Shown: in pieces, positions 1 through 12,232 of the stretch
Position numbering within the stretch: the stretch's first letter is position 1
Layout of the letters: every line of letters starts with the position of its first letter
Assembly: GCF_006345805.1 (NCBI RefSeq)
Contig: NC_042998.1
Coordinates: 82,770,001-82,834,000 of the forward strand
Reading direction: 5' to 3'
Source of the DNA: Octopus sinensis
Taxonomy: Eukaryota
DNA: 64,000 nt
Program-made: the position numbers and the translations under genes
The notes under the pieces: model-generated
The model's input: only the letters and a program-made list of their open reading frames with translations
Database searches by the model: none
What the model was told of the DNA's origin: nothing

Positions 1-985
1 AGCCAGGAGTAGCATCGATGAACATGACGCTCTGGTATTTTTTGCTGTCATACCATTAGTTGACCTTATCTATCTTTTTTCTGGTCCTTTCTGTACTGTT
101 CCAGGATTTTCTCCTGTACGGCGGGCAGATCCCCTTAGCATCACTCTCTATGTTGGCTCTGTACTTAGTACTGGCTCGTTTGTACACTCTAAACCTGTCC
201 TTTTGATTATAGCCAGAGGACTGCATGCGGTGAATGAAGTGTTATATGTGTCTTTCCAATTCCGTAGGGTCGCACATGTGAGACATTCCTCATCACTCTC
301 ACCAAGTCTACTATAAGAGTGTTGAACTTGGCGTGGACTGCAATAGCTGTGTTCTTGTGAACAAAGTACTTAGAGGCCATGGGTTTAGTATAATGAGAAT
401 GAAGGATCTGGACCTTACCGTTCTTGGTTTCCAGTCAGAGGTCCGTGTCTAAAATTGGTAGCTTATAGTTCGGATGCTTGTTAGGGTAGTCTATCGTTAC
501 TTCAATGCTCTGGTGGATGAGGTTAGCTATTTTCTGGATGCTCTCCATAGTGTAGGCATCTAGATCATCAACATTGTTTTGTAGGGGTGTTTTGGCTTCT
601 ATGTTGATATCATCCACATAGCGAGAGTACATGGTTATGGTTATGGACTTCTCTGTTAATTTCTCTTTGAGTCTCCTATCCCACCATACCATAAATAGGT
701 TAGCCACATCATCAGTGATACTGGCACCGATGGCTACATCCTCTTGGGTCTATATCTTGTTATTAAACTTAAATATGTGGCCCTTGAGTGTGATCTTGGT
801 ACTCGCACCCACCGCATCAGCGACCATCTTTCTAACCTGATCATCGTTTTCGGAGATTCGTATATCCTTGGTCCGCCAGTTTCATCTCTCTTTAGGATCT
901 TCTTGGCCATAGAAGTTACAGTAGGGGGTATTACCGATCTAGTGGGGCAGAAACAACTAATCTCATGTTTATCTACGTAATCACT
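1..985 (-). mobile_element. Penelope-like retroelement (PLE) reverse transcriptase fragment, pseudogenised
   Basis: Minus-strand translation gives HIFKFNNKI*TQEDVAIGASITDDVANLFMVWWD...YSRYVDD...LPILDTDL*...HYTKPMASK...MQSSGYNQKDR...WYDSKKYQSVMFIDATP. These match PLE RT motifs (Q..GxA(I/M)G..ANLFM, RYVDD) and thumb. Stops are present and the element runs off the window edge. Confidence 0.8.
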
Positions 986-1300
986 GTCACGTGTCATATG
1001 TATAACATAATATAATATACATATATACATACATGCATACACATATATACATATAGTACACACATATAGATATACATTCACACACACATATATACTATTC
1101 TTAAGCATAAAAGTTGTTGACAGTGATGTCGAAGATTCGGCCAGCTAAGACATCGCCGCACTGCGCAGTATAGGGAAGCTCATCAGAGTAATGTAAAAAA
1201 AAAGCAAATATCTATCTATCTGTCTGTCTGTCTATCTGTTTATCTGTCTGTCTGTCTATCTGTCTATCTGCCTGCCCACCTACATACATACATACATACA

Positions 1301-2171
1301 AGCTGAAGAAGACAGTAGACTTGACAAGAAGCGCAGCCTCTCTTGGACACAAGACCACTACATCACATCACATTTTGTAGGCTATTCGCTTGCAATCCAG
1401 GAACAGGGGATTGCCACAAGGTACCTGGTGAACAAGAGAGACGGTGACGCTCCTGCAGTCCCAGGTGCAACTGCATGTGTAGGCTATGTTATGTTTCTAT
1501 GGAAGACATTATGCATGTGATTAGCAGCTATCCTAAAATGTCATCACGGTACTACCACCCTATGCGACACGATGTTGTTGCAAAAACAATTCAAAATGCC
1601 ATCTGCAAAAAATACTGTCCTGAAATAAACTTAGAAAATCCCTCTGTTATGAAATACATTCATAAATACAAACTCAAGGAATACTGGTGAAATATTCCCG
1701 TCAAAACTTCTGTCAAATGTAAGCATAACGGGCTGGATGTTGTTGTTTGGGACAGAGGGGCAAAGGTATGTACCATCATAGAGGTCAGCTGCCTTGCATG
1801 AATGAATAATCTCTTTGAAAATCAAAGAAAAGGAAGATATCTATGGACAACTGCTCTAAAAACTCCAGCTTCTATATACAGACTATGAATTCATATTCAT
1901 ACCAAAAATAATTGGAATACTAGGTTTTGTTAGTAAATGCTTGAAGGAGAATCTGGATAAACTAAGATTTTCAGAAAGAGAAATCGATCTTCTGATTCGT
2001 ACGATACAAGTCCAATCTGTGAGTGGAACAGTAATATGCAAGACTTTTCTCAAGTTCCAAATGTGAATTTGTCTGTGCTAACTACATCCCAAAGAGGGAG
2101 CCTTGTATCTCTGTTGGAAACCGGATCCCTTCTCAGTGGAAGATTTATAATAATTAAAAAATAGAAGAGAT
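1301..2171 (+). mobile_element. 5'-truncated REL-endonuclease non-LTR retrotransposon (R2 group/R4-like), inserted in (CATA)n
   Basis: CRLC..ED..HV.S....RHD zinc knuckle followed by a PD-(D/E)xK-like region (KEYW*NIPVKTSVKCKHNGLDVVVWD..CTIIEVSC) and C-terminal SGTVICKTF. Flanked by (TACA)n at 1281-1300 and (ACAT)n at 2172-2260. Confidence 0.85.
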
Positions 2172-2805
2172 ATACATACATACATACATACATACATACA
2201 TACATACATACATACATACATACATACATACATACATACATACATACATACATACATACATTCATTCATTCATCAACATTTACAAATTTCTAATTTCTTA
2301 ATTTTTCCATTCAATTCTTTTTCAAAATTGTTTCAATGTTTTTTCAGTTCCTGCCTTTTACAGAACTGCTTTTACAGAACTTACTATAAGAATACGCCTG
2401 GAGTCAAAATACCTTCCAGCCATTTTTATTCCAGCCTGTTAATTGAATAAATCTGATGGTAATGCTCAGGGACAATTTTCTTTTTATCTGGCGCCTACAT
2501 AATCCAAAATTTTCTTCAGCTTCAGATTTTTTTTTTATTATTATAATAACCATAGAATTCTTAGAATGAAATCAACTGTTGTGAAGTAATTCTGGAAACT
2601 TTTATTTCCGTTTACTGTAAAATTTTAAGTAATATGACAGCAAATTTAAAATTATTATTTGACGAACATAGACCTGATAGGATTTCTGATGTGAATTTAA
2701 TAAGAATACTTTTTGATCACAGATACACACACATTAGCAAAGAACAGCTATACTGTATGGAGGAGGTCTGTAACGTTGTTTGTAGTATAGTTGTTTAGTC
2801 CCTGG

Positions 2806-3060
2806 TGGAGGCGCGTGGTTTAGTGGCTAGGGTAGTTTGCTCAAGATTGTGAGCTCATGAGTTCGATCCCGGGGGAACATTGTATCTTTGAGAAAGACAC
2901 TTTATTTCACGTTACTCCAGTCCACTCAGCTGGCAAAAATTAGTTGTACCTGTAATTCAAGGAGCCAGCCTTGTCACTCTCTGTGTCGCGCTGAGTCACA
3001 CAGGTTAATAGTTCAGCCACTTGCACGTTAATTTCTCAAGCAGGTTGCTCCGTTTCAAAC
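2806..3060 (+). mobile_element. tRNA-derived SINE (family C, head type 1)
   Basis: A/B-box-like head (tggtttagtgg; gagttcgatccc). Body shared with the copies at 33085, 47865 and 51024. Confidence 0.75.
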
Positions 3061-3269
3061 AGATTAAAACGCCGACATAAACGCTTATATTGTATAATAC
3101 CGCTGGCATTGATTTACTTTCGAATACTTAAGTTCTTCCTTACCAAAATATGAAGACACTTGCTTATTATCATAAACCTTTTAACAGAAGACACTGCCAA
3201 CATTCATAGAAGACATCCTAAGTTTTACTTAAATCTAACTCCATGCTGGCTGCTCTTTTTTTTTTTCAG

Positions 3270-3342
3270 ATGGGCATATGGCGTAGTAGTTAAGAGCGCG
3301 GGCTACTAACCCCAAGATTCCGAGTTTGATTCCAAGCAGTGA

Positions 3343-3375
<33 letters not shown>

Positions 3376-3520
3376 ACATCGAAAAATACCTTAGGAATGA
3401 GAACCCAAGTCCGAAATTTCCCTGAGACACCCGATGAAGGCTGAAAGATATATCAGACGAAACATTGTATTAACAACAAACAAGAGGGGAACAAATATCC
3501 GTCAAATGCAAATAAAGTAA
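3270..3520 (+). mobile_element. tRNA-headed SINE-like element with internal (AAT)n and a hammerhead-like 3' part
   Basis: tggcgtagtagttaag A box and gagtttgattcc B box, then (AAT)n, then acac-ccgatga-a-ggctg..cagac-gaaac-attgtat. Confidence 0.6.
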
Positions 3521-3959
3521 ATAAAATGCATTTTGAAAAATACCATTGTGTTTTCTTTCCAGAAATTTGGCGGTTATTTCCAACAGCTCGATTGGCCACA
3601 TAGAGGTTCTCTCGTTGATTTTTGCTGAATTTGTTTTATAGTTAAGAATACTTTGGTTATAGTAGTTAAAGAACGAAAATATTTTCTAAATAATTTCTAT
3701 TATTTTGTCTAATAAATTCTCCTTTTTAAAGAATATATTTTCTGTTGTACGATATGTTTTATTGGACTAAAAGTAATTCCAATATTAGTTGCTTTATTAA
3801 GACATTCGGTATTTCGAAGAAAATCTCTTTATCTCCAAAACTCAATATTGGCTCTGAAAGTTAGTCAATCTAAAAAGAATTTCGCCCTAACATAAACAAA
3901 CTGACTGTAATACTAAATGAATATAAATGTTTCCAGATACATATAACATCAAATTCTGC

Positions 3960-4114
3960 AAAGGCGCAAGCGTGGCTGCATGGTAAGAAACTTGTTTCTC
4001 AACCACATGTTTCCGGGTTCAGTCCCACAGTGTTTCCTCTCTATAGCCTGAGGCCGACCAAAGCCATTGGCAAGGCTTTGGTAGACGGAAACTGAAAGGA
4101 GATCGTCGTGTATA

Positions 4115-4154
<40 letters not shown>

Positions 4155-4360
4155 TGTGTCTGTGTTGCGTTTGTCTACCACCACCACTTAACCGATGTTG
4201 GAGTGTTTAACTCAGCGGTTCGGTAAAACAGACCGATAGAGCCATGTACTAGACTTTTTAAAAAGGAAACTAAGTACTGATGTCGATTCCTTCGACTAAA
4301 AATTATTCAAAGCAGTGCCCCAGCATGGCCACAGTCAAATGACTGAAACAAGTAAAAGAT
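3960..4360 (+). mobile_element. tRNA-derived SINE (family B) with internal (TG)n
   Basis: Head ggcgcaagcgtggctgcatggtaag..ggttcagtccc, body ..ttggtagacggaaactgaa.., microsatellite, tail cagcatggccacagtcaaatgactgaaacaagtaaaaga. Many copies in the window. Confidence 0.8.
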
Positions 4361-5421
4361 ACGTTTGGCATAAGCACTTTAATGATTTTGAAAGCAAAAT
4401 ATAAACAAAAAGACCTTGTTTGAGCGTAAGTATTTCTATGATAATAATTTCTCTTATTTAGAGGAATGACTAAGAAATATCAGAAGCACCTGCATTTACC
4501 TGATAAATGAGATAACATTTTGATATTGTGCCAGACATATTAAATAAAAAATATTGTGTTGTTATAATCTAGAATTCTATGAAATATATATTCTGCAGGC
4601 TTATGAAATGAAGCTGAACAAATAATTCAAGTTACCTGTATGTTAATAAAATATTATTTTGCAAAAACTCATAAAACAAAAGCCCAAAATTTCCAAAAGT
4701 CTCATATTCACGTTGATGATGTCTTCGTAAAACATTTAGTATGATTTATGCGTTTTTCTTAATCATTTTCAACCAAAAATGTATAAACACAAGAAGCTAG
4801 CAAGTTTTGTTACTTCTCGTTCTTGTGCTTTAAAGATTTAAAACTTTGTTGTAAAGGAAAAAAGAAAAAGAAAACATACTTATGTTTATTTTCTTCTGTT
4901 GACGAGATACCTGCAAACACATATTTGCATTTCAATTGTGTGCGTGTGTTGTGTGTGTGTGTGTGTGTCTATTATTTTTAGACTGGCGTTATTTAGTATT
5001 GGTAACGTTCGCTTTAAATTGTTTAAATTTAGTGTTACAGCAAAAGGCTTACGTAATGAGAGAAAGAACGTGACAGCAATAAAATTTTTGTGGAAGAAAT
5101 TTAGGATAATGTATTAAATTTGGGATCAAGGGGTAGGTTTATACAATGGCGAGGATGAAAAGAAAAGATTGTGGAGTGTTAAATCCATTTAGATGAAGAA
5201 TGATATGGATGTGAGAAATAGAAAGGATATATATATACATACATACACACACACATACATACACATACATACATACACATACATACATACATACATACAT
5301 ACATACATACATACATACATACATACATGCATGCATACGCATGTTCGTATGTATGTATGCCATTATTCAGTTCTATTTCAAAGACTTCTTGCCAACAAAG
5401 AAAGAGCCGGTTTCAAATCTA

Positions 5422-6683
5422 CAGAGGTTGGGCAAAATAATGGAAACACCTAGCATCAGAGTATCATAATTTTCAAATATCTATAAAACCGTCAAAAGCT
5501 TGTTCATTTTTATGCTTTTTTTTATTTATTATTAGTGTTGCTTTATATGATTTACTAAAATTACTGTTTCTTTTCTGATATTATCAGAATAAGGTAATTA
5601 AAATTCATTAAAATGACAGATCTATCGAACTTTCAAAGAGGTCAAATTGTTGATGCTCGTATGGTAGGCGCTAGCGTAACGAAAACAACCGAAATATTTG
5701 GTGTATCAAGAAGTACTGTCTCGAAATTAATGACAGCGTTTGAGAAAGAGGGAAAAGCCTCCTCGTCATAGCAAAACTCCGGGAGAAAACCAAAAGTTTC
5801 TGATAGGGACGGTTGCACTCTTACGTGAATTGTTAGAAAGGACCACAAAAGTACAGCTCCCAAAATTACTTCAGAGCTTAATGACCCCCTCGAGAACACA
5901 GTTTCCACAAAAAACTGTTTGCCAGGAGTTGCACAAAACCGGATTTCACGGAAAGGCTGCAATCAGAAAACCACTACTTCCAAAAACAAAGCGTTGCAAA
6001 GCGTTTAGAGTGGAGTAAAAACCTGCAGAATGTGTTCCTAGAGCAGTGGAAGAATGTTATTTTCTCGGACGAGTCATCCTTTACCTTATTTCCGACCACC
6101 AGCCGAGTATACGTGTGGAGACAGCCAAAAGAAGCATTTGACCCAGACTGCCTTCTTCCAACTGTTAAACATGGAAGAGGATCTGTGATGATCTGAGAGG
6201 GGGTGCTATATCTTGGAAATCTGCTGGCCTAATGGTTTCCCTTCATGGGAGAATTAATAGTCAAGACTATTTAAGCACTTTATCTGATCAAATTCATCCT
6301 ATATTTGTGGAACTGCTTCCGGAGGGAAACGCAGTCTTTCAGGATGATAATGCACCAATTCACATAGCTAAAGTTGTTACTGAATGGCACGAGGAACATT
6401 CTAGTGAAGTTGAACACCTTATCAGGCCACCACAGTCCCCAGATCTCAATATTATTGAACATTTATGGTGCGTTTTAGAAAAACAAGTAAGGATCACTAC
6501 AAGAACTGGAGACTGTTTTAGCTGAAGAATGGACAAAAATTCCTTTCGAAAAAATTCAAACTTTGTACGAGTCCATAGCTCGTAGAATTCAAGCTGTAAT
6601 TACTGTCAAAGGCGGCTCTACCCCATATAAAATTAAATTTGTTTGAAATTCTAAGGTGTTTTCATTATTTTGTCAAACACCTG
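5422..6683 (+). mobile_element. Tc1-family DNA transposon, full length, with decayed transposase (~5613-6630)
   Basis: ~30-bp TIRs (cagaggttgggcaaaataatggaaacacct / aggtgttttcattattttgtcaaacacctg) and TA TSDs. Transposase motifs GRKPK, GFHGKAAIRKPLL, FSDES, FQDDNAPIH, PPQSPDLNIIEHLW, with stops and frameshifts. Confidence 0.93.
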
Positions 6684-6844
6684 TATATCCAAAGTTTCTT
6701 CATTGGAAATTCAACAACATCAACAGGGTATTTTTGCATGTATGTATGTATGCATGTATGTATGTACGTATGTATGTATGTACGTACGTACGTATGTATG
6801 TATGTATGTATGTATGTATGTATGTATGTATGTATGTATGTATG

Positions 6845-7345
6845 TGCAGATTTGTATGTTTTATGTATGTATTCTCATGTATATAGTTGCATATCTAGAC
6901 ATGCTCATAAATATTTAAATGATAAACTTCTGAAAAGTTTTACAGATGTATACAGTTCCAGTGATGGATTGAATCTGTAGACTTCGAATTAGCTTTTTCC
7001 TTTCTGGTTTTGAGAAGCCTAATTTCTCAAGATTGGTATTTAGGCAGTGTGTTACATATCCCAGGGCTCCTATAATTACAGGTATAAACCTGAACCTGTA
7101 ATCTGGATAGAGTAACTTCAGATTTCTCATTAGTTCAGCATAGTTATTCTCTTTTTCACTGATTTTTAGCTTTATTAGCATCCGCTGGGCAGCTAATTTC
7201 CACAACTGTGCAGTTTCTCTTCTCTATCTCAAATCATGATTTCAGGTCTGCTGTACATACATTTTATTGAGGTCTTTACTGGTACATTCCACCAGTATTC
7301 CTTTTCATTATGAGTGGCTACGGCTTCTTCAATATCGTGGGATTT
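6845..7345 (-). mobile_element. 5'-truncated REL non-LTR retrotransposon inserted in (CATA)n
   Basis: KEYWWNVPVKTSIKCMYSRPEIMI*DRE..VVEISCP..YAELMRNLKLLYPDYRFRFIPVIIGALG..ITGTVYICKTFQKF. (GTAT)n on both sides (6737-6844 and 7346-7441). Confidence 0.88.
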
Positions 7346-9590
7346 GTATGTATGTATGTATGTATGTATGTATGTATGTATGTATGTATGTATGTATGTA
7401 TGTATGTATGTATGTATGTATGCATGTATGTATGTATGTATCGTAAAGGTATGCTGACAATATGTTTAAATAATATAACTGAAATTTGTTATTTTCAAGG
7501 TTTTCCGTCTCAAAAATTAACTGAGTGCAATTGAATATTGTAATTAGAGGAAACAAATGGAGAATTACTTCTATTCTCTGATCGAAACAGCAAGGGAAAC
7601 AACTTTGAATGCTTCTGTATTCTTATCCGTCGTCAACAGAAATTCAGCTTTCACTGTAGTTTGTTACTTGCTTACTATACATCTATATATATATACATAT
7701 GTATATATTTAAGTGTTGGGTATATTCCTAATGGTAAGCCGATTAAGCATGTTCTCTGCCTATGGCTACCTGACGTCATCCATAGCATTTACACAATTAT
7801 CACTGGATCTAGCACAGGAATTCCTCAGTGTATGTTGAGACTGTATGACGGAAAATGGTACACACTGTAAACTTTATTGCCCACAGTGATCTTTTCGACC
7901 GATCGCACAGCGATCTCGTGCAGTTGGCATACTGTACAAATGTTTGTGGTGCATCCATCGGTGCAGGAGCGCCTCGTCAGGTGATCTTATGGGAGTATTT
8001 CGTTAAATAAACTCTATTTTGCTCGGTTTTAATACAGCATGTTGTTAGTGACCGTATGTTTAAGCCGTTGGGCAGGAATGATGAGAAACGGATTCCGTTG
8101 CGACTTTATAGACAACGACAGGAAGTAATTAAGGAAAATAAGAAGAATAAGAAAAATTAAACATAGAATGAAGTAAAACATTTTATGCGCCAGTACCCAC
8201 ATATTGTTACTTCTGTGCGCATACTTAACCGTCCATTGTACAAACGCACTCTACTATATGTGTAGTTAAGTAGATGTCATTAAACCATTTGATAAATGTA
8301 TTACCATTTTTGCATCATGCTTTCAAATACCTAATTAAGTATTACAGGCCTTGTGAATAAAAATGCTAGATGCCGATTTCTTTTGACTTACAGATGGTTG
8401 GCTTACCATTTGGCTGGTTTTATTTTACTCCACCCTAAAAAAAGAACTAAATTTCTGTACCCTGACAAAGTCACGTACCTCCACTAATAATGTAAATTTA
8501 TTAATTCGCAATGTCACTTCCTTGTACTAAACTTCCTGTAAGGTGTAGAAAGCAACGTGTCCATAACCCTATCTTTTGTTATGTTAATAGCTGCACAGGG
8601 CAGCTACAGAGATGTCTTCTCCATGTAATTAGTCGAAAGATGTGTAATTTGTAATAACTGGGGAATCTACAAATGTTATAATTGTAAACCTGCTGCATAA
8701 GGTCGGAGCTTGATACGTGCGTCTTGATGAAGGTTGTACGGCTTATACTGGGCGATGCAGAGCTTGCAGCTTAAGTTGTATCCAATTGAAACCTGATGCA
8801 TCAAACCCATGAAGCAGCTGAAATGCAATAGCTGTGGCTTGAAAAGATGTTACACCAGACCAAAGGACCGTGCATGCAACTTGTGCTGTAAATTGCAGCA
8901 CTCGACCAAAGTTTTGCAAGCGTCAATAAGCTGTAGTGTTAGAGATCAATCTACCCCTTTTTTACATAACAAATATTTTATGCACAGAATTCTCCAATAA
9001 GCCTGTTTATTTCTGTAGAATAATCAGAAATACAGACACGAAAAGAATAAAAATAAAGGAAAAAGGAATCTATTTGTCTCATCTGATACAAGGAACTAAT
9101 GGCAGACAATTTTCAAAAGTGTGTACAGATTAAACGTCACACAAACGTCAAGTAATTTTCAAGGAACTACACAAATTTAATACAGCAACAGCGACAAACT
9201 ATTTTGAAAGGAATATATGAGATCAAGTTTAATGTCAATGCAACTTCAGTTAGCAGTCAACGTCTCATTGTAATTAAATTCCCCAATTATCTCATTTCCA
9301 GCCTCATTTAACGTTTTTACGGACATTTCTATATAGGCAGCCTGTCTCTATAGAGCTAAAAAACCAATGGCAAAGGTTATATTTTTATTTCCACTGGTGA
9401 TGGCTAAGAGACTAAAATGTTCAGAAATAGCTTCTTTATCTATTTTTTGTTTAATGTGATTCCTAATCACCATATTGAAGCTTTAATGCAGGTATATCGT
9501 ATGTGCGACAAAAAAGCTGAAAATAATCATTTATGTTAGTTGTAGTAACTGTCGTAAAAATGCTTAAATACCTTAAAATAGAGTATTATT

Positions 9591-9631
<41 letters not shown>

Positions 9632-9633
<2 letters not shown>

Positions 9634-9870
9634 CATCTTCCTAGCTCTCCTGTGCGACCCTTCTGTCCGGCATTCGCCATGATAGACCGCTATCCACTAC
9701 ACATTCTTTATTTTCTTTCATTGTTTCTTTCTATGTTCCTTTCTGTGGAAGAGCGTAGGCTCGAAACGTTAAAGACTTTTTCACTTCCCGAGCGTTAAAC
9801 TAATACATTTGTTTGTTCTATACACCACCTGCGTTCGTCTTTTGGGGATTGTTTTTGTGAATTCTCCCTA
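9632..9870 (+). mobile_element. Terminal (pseudo-LTR) fragment of a Penelope-like element with hammerhead-like motif
   Basis: Shares ctacacattcttt with the 3' end of the PLE at ~61384. Contains cttt-ctgtgga-a-gagc-gtag-gctc-gaaac-gtt-aaag at 9739-9774. Confidence 0.55.
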
Positions 9871-9884
9871 TATATATTTATATA

Positions 9885-9926
9885 AGAGAGAGAGAGAGAG
9901 ATGGATGGATAGACAGGTAGGTAGGC

Positions 9927-10006
<80 letters not shown>

Positions 10007-10014
10007 CGATAGAT

Positions 10015-10099
<85 letters not shown>
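9885..10099. repeat. Compound microsatellite (GA)n/(GATA)n/(GACA)n
   Basis: Read directly from the sequence. Confidence 0.95.
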
Positions 10100-10101
<2 letters not shown>

Positions 10102-10884
10102 AGTCTAAACAAAAAATTTACTCGTTGCTAGAAGGGGATTTAACTCCTGTTTGCAAACAATGATGATTTCTCCAACTTGAAAATTGTTAAAAGTTTTGGT
10201 TGAAAATAATTTTTTACTGCTATTCGCTGGTGCCTCTAGTAAAAAAAATAAGTTGACGAAAATACAGCTAGGATCATGACGAATGTCCTCCTAAAATTGG
10301 AGTGACATGCTAATTTGTGGGCGTGCATAAATTACACTCACGTACACACACACACATTCTGCCTTTTATATATACAGATGACAATTTATAATTCATCGCT
10401 GTCTTATTCTATCTATAAGAGAACAACTTCAAAATACAAGAGATTTAAAACGTTTTAGCATACGAAATGCTTTTAGTTGTATCTTGATCACAATCCAAAC
10501 GAACAACTTTATTAATCTGGTAATGTTTATATCGATTTCTCAAATCGATATTCACTTATGTATCATTATGACTCAACAAGTTTTAATTTATTTTGCAAAA
10601 GCCATTGAAATATTGTTTTTAAATTTTTAATTTTTATTACTTTTTGTTTGGTTTTGCTGATATTATCAAACGTCCATGCACATAATGTCAGCTACTTTTA
10701 TAAATTATGATTATATAAACATTAGTTTAATTCTGATACACAGATTGTTTTGTGTAGTTTTTGTTTGCTTTTTCTTTGTGTCATTGGTCTTTTTTTTATT
10801 TGTGTCTTGATCAACTACATGCAGTTAATGTTCTGAAATAAACAAATAAAAATCCACATCATTAACCTGCTTACATCTTATCAT

Positions 10885-11120
10885 AATGGATTCTTCGTCG
10901 GTTTCGACGATGAGGACTCTGTTGTTCAATCAACTGAACTGCATGCTCGTTGAATTAGCAATGTATATGGCTGAGTAATCCACAAACACATGTACCATTA
11001 ACATAATTTCAGACAGAACGAGTGTGACAAAGCTGGATTTTTCAATTACAGGTAAAGTCCATTTGATTAAAATGGATTCTTCGTCGGTTTCGATGATGAG
11101 GACCCTGTTGTTCAATCGAA
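10885..11120 (-). mobile_element. SINE family C 3' fragment with its first ~55 bp duplicated
   Basis: atggattcttcgtcggtttcga.gatgaggac.ctgttgttcaatc occurs at ~10886 and ~11072. Body matches the reverse complement of family C. Confidence 0.6.
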
Positions 11121-11413
11121 TGAATTACCAGCTCATTAAATATGAGTACAATCTATCTGATGGGCTTCTTCACAGTTTCGGTCAACCCACTTTCATTCAC
11201 AAGAGTTGGAATAACCCAAGGCTACAGAAAATGACATTTTGCCCAAGATGCCAATAAGTCGGATTAAACTCGGTACCATTTGACGAGGAAGGAACTTCTC
11301 AATCATTCGGCCAAGCTCATTAACGCTAACTCTCTAGATACAAGCCTACGTGAAACCATATATTTTAAATAATTAATATATTTTAGATAATTAATATCTA
11401 AAATATCCAAGTT

Positions 11414-11880
11414 GGCCAGCTGGCAGAATCGTTAGCACGTTGAGAAAAATGTTTCGCATTTCTTCCGGCGCCCCATTCTAAGTTCAAACGTCGCAGGGGC
11501 GCCTTTGCCTTGCATTCCTTCGGAGCCGATAAAATAAGTACTACTTGAATACTAGGGTCAATGGAATCGACTTATCCCCTCACCGAAATTGCTGACCTTG
11601 TGCCAAAATTTGAAATCAGTATTTAAATAATCCCACAAGGCAGTGAGTTGGCAGAATCGTTAGCACACCGGGAAAAATACTTAACTGCATTTCGTCCGAC
11701 TTTATGTTCTGCGTTCAAATTCCGCCGAGTTCGACTTTGCCTTTCATCCTTTCAGGGCCGATAAAATAAGCACCAGGCCGGATAAGTACCGATAAACTAA
11801 GTATCAGGCTGATAAAATAAGTACTGGAGCTGGTGTATTCAGTTTATCTCCTCACCCTCGTGCCAAAAATTGAAACCACT
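11414..11880 (+). mobile_element. Two tandem tRNA-derived SINEs (family A, tail type 1)
   Basis: gctggcagaatcgttagcac..gttcaaa..tttgcctt..cattcctt..gataaaataagta..tgtgccaaaatttgaaa occurs twice (11414-11620 and 11637-11880). Confidence 0.85.
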
Positions 11881-12134
11881 ACTTGAAATACTTCAACTAA
11901 AATTTCATTGATGTTTGAATTCTAATGTAAGGTTTCTGTAGATAAAACAGTTTCCTATCGTTCGGGTATCCACAAAGTAACAGCTTAAAACTAATAAATA
12001 ACTTATATCTCTCTCATGAAACCGCTTCAACTGGTCTCTACATAGAGAAGGCATTCTCGTCCAAATAATTCAAACGTGAGTTTTATAAATTTTAGTCATC
12101 ATTAAAATCATAAATGGATAATTGGATGATTGCA

Positions 12135-12232
12135 GTGCTCGTCTGCGAAAGTCGACCTCAGAATGTGAAGCGGACGAAACTCCGCAAAGCAGTTTGCCCG
12201 GCGTGCTAACGATTTTGCCAGCTCGCCACCTT
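12135..12232 (-). mobile_element. SINE family A 5' fragment
   Basis: cggcgtgctaacgattttgccagctcgccacctt is the reverse complement of the family A head. Confidence 0.7.

Noticed and set aside
3270-3340. tRNA gene calls for SINE heads (also 2806, 19916, 33085)
   Set aside because: A/B boxes are present, but I found no complete cloverleaf and the heads continue into SINE bodies.
5642-5962. Antisense ORFs over transposases and LINEs (also 42873-43169, 55842-56075, 59102-59710)
   Set aside because: They are opposite-strand shadows of recognised transposon coding sequence.
8700-9000. Cys-rich ORF 8809-9000 and the minus-strand ATAIAFQLLHG resemblance to a PIF1 motif
   Set aside because: Short, with stops in all frames nearby and no second supporting motif.
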